Assembly: GCA_965655095.1 (NCBI GenBank)
Contig: OZ296648.1
Span: 151,776,001 to 151,840,000, forward strand
Direction: 5' to 3'
Origin: Haplodiscus bocki
Lineage: Eukaryota
Length of the DNA stretch: 64,000 bases
Below are positions 13,901 through 22,900 of the stretch, in pieces. Under the pieces are notes generated by a model, which saw only the letters and a list, made by a program, of their open reading frames with translations, ran no database searches and was not told the DNA's origin. Both the position numbers and the translations under genes were made by a program. Position 1 is the first letter of the stretch; every line of letters begins with the position of its first letter.

Positions 13901-16900
13901 GAAAAATGAGGTTGATTTTTGAGGCATGTCAACATCAACAGCATTTTCTGTCAATTCTGGTCACTCAGAATTCCACTGAATGGACGAGAAGTAACATTTT
14001 TGGAATAACGCAGCAAAAGCAGAAAAACAAAGAATGAGACCTTCAAAAAAAACTGACGTCAGTATTTTTGGAGAAAAATGAGTTTGAAAATCGAGTTGAG
14101 TCCGGATAGATTGTCAGATAGTAAGAACTTCTGGCGATTGCAATTCTAAGATTTCAATGCAGGATCAGGGTTGATGGTGTTTTAACACAATTTTCTTCCA
14201 AGAGAAGAGACTTTTCCATTGCGACCTTTGGTGGAACAAATCGAACCTTTAGTTATGGAGATACATGAGTTTGAATGAAGAGATTTTTCAAAATTGGGAA
14301 TATTTTTGGCATTCTCGGACTATCAGGATTGCGACACAAAGGACGAATTCAAAAAAGATCAAATCGAGTAGTCTACCAGAAAACCAAAGATTTAGATCTG
14401 GAAGTTAGAAGTCAAGTCAGTGGTTATGGAAAACTAAAAGTTGGAATTGATAAAAAAGGCCAAAATCATCAGCAGTGGTTTGGCACTCCTGAACTAACAA
14501 TACTCCAATACAAACAACAATATAATTGTTTTTGCAGCCAAAGTAGCTTTGCATCTAAAGTTCTGGTGATTCAGATTTTCATGAAGGAAAGTAGACCGGT
14601 AGTTACAGAGAAAAGAGTTTTTGTATCTCGTGATGAATCAAAACTCTTACCGCAATTTGGAAGTTTAGGACTATCACAAATCTATTTTCACAATTCAACG
14701 AACACAAAAAACAACTTCTAAGTCTAATTCTACAAAAGTATTAATTGTTCGATTGAGACGTTGACGGAAAAACTAAGCATGTAGTTAAAGAGAATTTTGA
14801 GATTGAATATGGAGATGAATCAAAATTGTAGGCAAAATTAGATTCTTCGGACAATCATAACTGTCAGGCAAAGCTCAAAACGATTTATTATCTAAATGAC
14901 AATTGCTTCAAAAGTTTCAAGCTTTCAATTGAGACCTTGCTGGAAGAAAGTAAGCCTATGTTATAGAGAATTGAGATTGAAAATCGACAAAAGTCAATAA
15001 AATAACTTTCGATTTCTGGGAGTGACAGGACTTTAATGCAAAAAAAACCAACTGACTGAAACTTGAATCGAATCTTTTTCTCTAGGGGTAAAGTTGCTGA
15101 TTGTGAACCTCATGAAGGAAATCAAAACTAGTTACAAAGAAACACCATTGCGATAATTGAGATGAATCATTTTTAGTAACAACTTTCTGGAAATTTGGGA
15201 CTATCAACATTTCGATGCAAGCATCAACATCAATGGTTTTTCAATCGGATCCTCCTCTACAGGACTAAGGATTTCGAGAGATTTCGATTGATGAACTCAA
15301 ACCAGTAGATGCTGAAAAAATTCAGTTTGAATAATAAGAGATATCAATAATGATGGCATTTTTCAGAATTTTCGAACTATGGGATTGTGACACAAGACAC
15401 AAAACAACCGATTCTTCAAAGTAGTACTCTTTTAAACGTAGAAAGATTCTGATAGAGGCGTAAATGAAAGAATTGAGCCTTGTATTCTTGGAGAAAAATG
15501 AGTTGCAACATAGAGGAAATTCAATACTAATTGCGCTTCTCAGTATTCCCTCAATCTGGGGATCACAGAACGACATGTTCCCGTAGAAGTATTTTTGAAG
15601 TAACATCACATTTTCTGACCCCGGAGAAACTAGGGTAATGAAAAACAACTCATACCCAAAAACTGAAAAAAAAAGTTCAAGTTTTTACATTTTTGGTTAA
15701 TGTTTTTGACCGCTTTATAAACTTTCATTTTTTCGGCCTTTTTGGTCGGGTCGGAAAACGGATATTTTCCCAGAAATGCAGATTCCGCTTATCAAAAAAC
15801 CCCAAATTTTTTTCGAAAAACCCTGTTTTTTTGGTATTAAAAAATAAGAAAGCTTTTACGAGTATCTAAAATTAAGTAAAAAATATGGCGGATAGCGCGA
15901 TTCGAACCCACCACTTTGGGCTTCCCAACCGCGGTAACGCCTACACATTTGTATTAATCAAGGTACTAACGGCTCTGCAATAAAGTCTACGCGTCATAGG
16001 CAATTTCAGGAAAAGGAAAAACGCAGACTACTGAATTGAATATTTTCCTTTCGAAAAAATTTTTCGACGGAAAATAATAAAATCATAGACTGTTATATAC
16101 TAATCAAAATAGCCGTGCGTTTATTACAGGAAGTCAGTTATAGATTTGCGATGATGCAGCACATAGGGTGCGCAGCAAAAGAAGATTGCCAAAATAAAAG
16201 CACATGGAGATGAACTGGAGTTTTCATCCTTCAATCCCGTCGATGTTTGGTTATCAAGTGTCTAGAAGCAGGAAAACGCAATTCGATCAAGTTGTTACAT
16301 TTGCATATATAAATATGAGAATTTCCCTTTTCCAGTAATAATCGATGACTTTATCATTCGAAGAACAGCATGAAAAATGCTTCAGGAATTGATTTGGTGG
16401 CAGATTAGGCATGTCAATCTCTTGAATGCATACAACATGTTAGCGTTCTTGCAACAACTTGTGCAACTAACCAGAAGCATATCCATAGTGACAAATAGCT
16501 GACACCAAGTCATATGTTGCAGGCTGGTTGGCATCATTCAAGAAGGGCGCCAATGACAGTCCTTCCATGGGGAAAGAGACGTACGTTGAAATTTTGGAAC
16601 TAAGCAAATACTCGTGTCGAAATCGTTTCAAATGGACGCACAAAATTTCAGGCAGTTCTTGCAGTTTAGAGACCTTCAGTCCATTGCGTAGTCTGTGAAC
16701 ATGAAAATGGTGTCAGTTTCTGCGCTAAATGGATTACATCAACTATTAGGACATACAATGTGAAATGCTAACTTCTGGCACTTCTCACAACTGTACATGT
16801 TTTCTCCCTTCAGCTCGTCTGCTGAGAAAAACGCGGCGAGACAGTCATGAAGAGTTATCACAGGACCCCAGAGCAAGCTAAAAAACAGTCTAACTTTCAA

Positions 16901-19900
16901 AGTTCTAGAAAACACTTCTAACACTTTTCCGAAGTTTGAGATGCAACAATTTCGAACCATTTTGTTTCGTCGCATTTTCGTTATAGAAATTTAGATCAGA
17001 CGGTCTTATCTTAAAATCCAAACACACCAAATGGCGAAAAAGTAATTTTCTCAATTTAGAGACTTCAGAGGATCGCTTTATTGTAAACAATTATTGCATT
17101 TTCACACTTGATCATCGTTGGAAACTTCAGATTTCTTCCTATTTCAAAGAAGACAGACCACAACCATTTACCTTGAACATCAACATGCAAAAATAACTCA
17201 GAAGCATGAACAATAAACCTTCTGATCCAGTCATAAATCCATGCGATCCAGCCCTGGGAGTTGTAAGAGTTAGCACATGGGTTGGTGTTTCTAGACACTG
17301 ATGATGGTGAAAGAGGGTTGTTGGAGGAGGCGGAACTATTGGTGAGAATGGCGCTGATCTGCGGCTGATGGTGGATGAGATACAGGTCTTCTTTGTTGGG
17401 AATTGGCAGCGACAGGTCTTGAAAAGTCTCACTTATCTCACTGGTCTGATGACAGTGCAGACATTGCACGCAACTAAGCAGTTTACCGTTGAAAGTCTCC
17501 GATATCACGCTCGTGTACTGCATTGGCATCGGCTTCCTTTTACGTTCTAAATAAAGAAATGAATGAACAAATACATTTACTCTGGGGTGCATTTACTCCT
17601 AAAAAGCGGAACCCCCGCGTCATGTCATATATCAAGAACTGCCAAACCTCCTTTAATAAATCCACCTTATTAAAAAGTGAAGATGCTGGTGTGTGTGGAT
17701 AGTTTCAACACTTGCTTTTCTTGATAAATTTCAACGTGTGCAGGTGCGATTTCTACAAAACTTCCAAATTTTGATTGTTGGAGGAGCAATTAAAATTTGT
17801 TGAGGGAGAACATTCTTCATAACATTAATTTCAAGCTTTTTATTGGCTAAATAGAATAAAAATTTCAAAATTCATCTTTTTCTGAAAGTTCAACAAGCCA
17901 TGTTAGCAATATAATTTGGGACCTCCCTGTTTATTGAGACCCGTTTTTACTGTCAACGGATATTGTCAACTGTTTTTACTGTCAAGATATTGAAGCCCCG
18001 CTATATTTAACCCTCCCGCTTAGTAGGAACCCCAGTACATCGAAATTAAAACGTCTAAACATTCCGACTTGACGTGGCAAAGTTCAAAAATATGTATACG
18101 AGACAAAACTGCCAATTTTGAAGTGCGTCAAAACCGCCGATTCCGAAAACGAGACAAAACCGCCCATTTGTAATGATAATGATTGCCAAATTTGTCAGTA
18201 AAAATGAAAGTTCCCGGAGATGAAAGCTTCTTAGTATAATTATTGATAATTAGCAAATAAACTAACTACTTATAAATATGAATGAAACTGAAATACCACC
18301 ACAAAAATCAATTTATTCAAATTTTTGCAGAACATAACATTCAGGTTTTTCAACACCGGCACACATGAAAGATGTCTGTACAAAAAGAAATGCGGGAAAT
18401 ATATGTACAAAATACGCCGTGATATGCAGTTTTCAAATCTTTTGGTGATGCCAACTTTCCTATATCGAACAATTTTCTAAACAAACCAGAAGCCGAAAAT
18501 CAGTGCCCCCCATAAAAATACATACTGATAAACTTCCTAATAAGCAAAACCAAAAACTTTTGTCGTGATAAACCCCTTTTACATTTACCATAAATTTTCT
18601 CGAAAATGCACGTACCAAAATATTCAAAAATTGTTTCTTTTGGATATTTTCGGCTCATAAAATGGATTTCGAGAAAAAATTTTAAAAATAGTGTATTGAA
18701 CTTATACGCCGCAAAAGTTGAAATAAATTGCATTTTTTAGTGGGATTTCAGTTTCTATTAGTATATTGTTAACATACTTGCTAATTACCGATAATTAATT
18801 AGATCAATACGCTTTTCTAATCGAAAATCAATTTTTACACTCATTTCTTAGCTCATTTCTCATTTCTTAACTAACAAAAGGCGGTTTAGTTACACTAACA
18901 AAATTGGCAGTTTTGTCTCATTTTAAAAATCAGCAGTTTTGTCTCATATAAAACCGGCAGTTTGTTCTGCTTCTCAAAAATGTCAGTTCTGACAATAAAA
19001 GCAGCGGTTCCAACCCAAAATAACCAAAGTCTAAAATAGCCAAGATTTAAACAACCATACGATTTAAATAATTAAAATCGTCTCAACATTAAAGCACCAA
19101 ATTAAAGCATTGAATTTTGCCTAATTAACTATATGAGATCGTAATTATGATGCTAAAAAGAGTATCTACTTTGCAAAAACTCACTATTTTGGAATTTCAA
19201 GTTTTTGACAGCTCGAAACTCTGCACCACAATTTATGGCAAAAATGAAAAGGAAGGCAGATGAGCCAATGAAAACTCAAATCTGCGCTTTGCACCGGTCT
19301 GGTGCAAAAAATGGGCGTATCGCAATTTTGTCTCACAGTGCCGAAAGTTTTGTAGGGGGAGGCACAATAATCTTTCACAGTGCCGAAAATTTTGTGGAAG
19401 TCACAGTTTGGTCTCACAGCGCTGACAATTTTGTAATTTTGTGGGGGGTAACAATGTTGTCTCACAGTGCCGAAAATTTGTGGGTTACATTTTAGTGTTT
19501 TCAAAAAATTGTTTGAAACTATTTTTTGTCTTTTTTGAAATGGCAACGTTTGAAAATTTTGGGAGGCCACTTACAAAAAAAACAAAAAATTATAAAATTT
19601 ATTGTCTCAAAAACTACAACTTCAGAACATTACTTTGCGTGAAAATTTTCGGACAAGAAAATTTGGAATTTTGGTTATGCAAGTTTCCGGTTCCCGTTTA
19701 TTTTTGGTAGCGAAAACTAGTTTTGAATTTTTTCAAAAATGTTTTTCTATTCAAGGTAATTTTCTGTAAAAATTTTGACTTGTGTTATTTCAATCTGACA
19801 CCACCAATATTTTGAAACATCATTAAACTACGTAATTAGTAGCGCCTTGAGTTTTTTAGCTTTGAGACGCTGTTAATTATTTAATTAGTGTAGTTATTTC

Positions 19901-22900
19901 AATCTTGGGTATTTTGGGACTTTGGCCTTGGGTGTTTTTGGACTTTGGGTTTGGGTATTTTATCGTAGCGTGGAATTTGTTCCATATCGGAGCGTGGTTT
20001 TCACTGCAGCAGCATCACATGGTTGTAATGACGCCATCACGGGTTGCTATGGGTAATGGTGTAGCTTGTGCTGTTCAAATCATGACTTCGCATGCCTCAT
20101 TTGAGGCCGTCCATGTCTAATTCCAGATATCACACTTGCATTATTTTTCGCGATAACATTGAATTTAGTGCGACAATTACCGTTTTTTAACATAGTGGTA
20201 CAAGGGGAGGAAAGGGAGATTGTGCGTCTTCTGTCTCCTCCCCTGAGAGAAGCAGCGGGACTGGTCGACATTGACTGGCTGCTCGGCTGATGGATGTCTG
20301 GACTCCTTCTGTTGGGGGGAGTGGTCGAATATGTCAGGGGTGTCTCTGCGAAGCCTGAATCACTGGTTGTCTGAGACACAGCACCCACAGCCAGACTACC
20401 ACTGCTTCCATCAAAATGCTCTTCGTAGTTTGAAATTCTGAACAACAAAATATGACGTTCCATCTCAAAAATCAGGCACAACTAACCATGCACTGATTTT
20501 TTGTGAGAATTTGTAATTTTTGTGATAAACAGGGAAAGTATTATCAACACACCTCAAGTAATGTTTAAGTAAAATAAATAAAACTTGGAGTCAAATTAAT
20601 GAACTAGAATTTGCAAGTACTCCATTTGGAGCTTTTGGGATGGAATGCAGTATTTCTAATGGGAACAAAATTTGTGTTTCTCTAAAGACGATTGGATCAA
20701 ATTTATTCGCAAAACTCAAACTGGAGAGAAGCCACTCACGATTCATGAGCAATATCTTCTCTCTGTCGAAGGGTTAGAGAATGTAGACAGCTTTCACAAA
20801 ATTGCGGAAATTGCTCAAATTCATTCTGCGTTATTCGGCCGCCACAAGCTATGCAAACCTGAAACCCGCAACATGAATTCTTTGAAACTGCATTGGTTCT
20901 AAACAAAGTATAGGTAATTCTAACGGGCGCAAGAATGGGAATTTTCAATTCTTCGTGTAATCTGTCCATGAAACACCTCAAGAACTCTTGGCAATCTTGC
21001 TGATTGTAGCCTCGAAAAGCTGGGTTGACAACTTTGAAGCCCTGCACAAAGGTGTTCGGGATCATGAAGCTTGGCCTAAACCATATAAAATAGCTTTACT
21101 ATTTTTCGCCCATATTTAATTTATGCAAAGAAAATTTTCCTCACGCCGTGTGCGTTTTTTTACGTTTACTTGCCAATTGACGATTTTGGCACTGAAGACA
21201 CTTTTTTGACTTTGAAAATTTTTTAAAGACCAAATCATGGCAAATTTGTCGTAGAATACGACTAAAATAGTAACGTTTCTTAATTACGTACGAAAATAGG
21301 ATTTTTAGTGAAACAATTGGTTTGTGAAAAAAATGCGATTGTTTTAACAAAATGGGGAAAGAGTAGCAAATTTGATGTACAATGCATATACAGGGGCAAT
21401 ACTTCTCTAAAACGCCTTTTTTTCAAGCAAAATTTAGATTTTTTCAAAAAATATCTGAAATTTTTGAGATGGGAAAATAGAAAATTTGCTTTTAAAAATG
21501 CTAAGAATGCATGAGAGTAATTTTTAAAAAAAACACTTCTCAAAATTTGGAAAAAAAATATACCCGGAAATGGTATCCACCCGTCTTGTATTATTCATGA
21601 GCTTAAGGGCGAGCGAATAAGTTGAAAAAACTACATGTTATAACATGTAAAAAAGTCTCACTGCAACACTAATGAAAGAATGGCAAATTCTCAGAAATTT
21701 CGCTTGAGAATTTCGGTTAAAGTGGAAGTTTGTTTTTCAATTTGAAAATCGAACTTTTGTGGTTGATCAAAATTTTCCGAAACAGAAGATCACAGTAATT
21801 CACTGCTTACATAGAAAAATGATACGGTTTGACTGCTACGTCGGAAAAAGACATTGAATACATACTTGACATAACAAATAGTTTCAAAACTCCCTAACAA
21901 AGATTTCAGCATACTCTCACCTTTTCTCGCTCCAAATATCAGTGAGCATCTGGTGATAGAACACTGAAATGGGAGGCTTTTCATCTCCAGTGTATGCGAA
22001 TGCTGTGAGAAAATAATTTGTGAGGGGTACACATGCAGACAGAGCTTGCACGGCGGCATTGAGATAGCACGTGTTTCCCAAGTTTTTGAGGCCTGTCAAA
22101 CCCACTGGGTTCACTTGGGTGAAGGACCTCGAGTCCATTCGACCGCTGCTCGTGTCACTCGAGTTATCGTCAGCTGAGCCCACCGACTCCTCATCTCCAT
22201 AACCTGAAATGCCATTGTATGGTTTTTCCGCGAATGGCATATCCACACGAACTGAATAATCCACGAGAAAAATTTTTTCTTTCTTAAGAGATATCATTTG
22301 GCTGATAACAAATATTAATGGGACATGAAATTCTGAAGAGCTATCTTATGTTGCAAATGAATTAAGTAAAACTCAATGAATATTGTTTCCAAATGAAGCA
22401 AACTTGAGAGATTCAACACTGATTGATTCTGAAAATCATTTCATTTTGAACACGTTTGACAAACAACTGCTTGACGAATTGTAAAAATTGTTGAAAGGAG
22501 TTCATTTCAGTTACCTTGTGGAGAGGGTATGAGTGGATTGTCAGCATTGAGTGAATACAATGAGGAGCAACTGGGACTGTTTTTGACTCCTTTCTCACTG
22601 ACAACACTTGGAGTTGTTCTGCCCTGCACTGATTGTGTTCCTGTAGTCGGCGCAGACGTAGTTGCTTGCGCCTTCAGAGTGTTCACGTGGGGCACCGGCG
22701 GCTGATTGTTGAACAGGTACACTTCCGAGTGACACAAAATACACCAAGCTCGTTTTGTACCAAGGTTCAGCATCAAAGCATGACTCTTCACCTACGAAAA
22801 TATTCAAACGTACATTGTCCTTTTGTTGACACAGAGGCGAAGCTGTGCAGCGCTACACTTCCTCCAACGAAATACGAGTGAACAAATCCACTAAATATAA

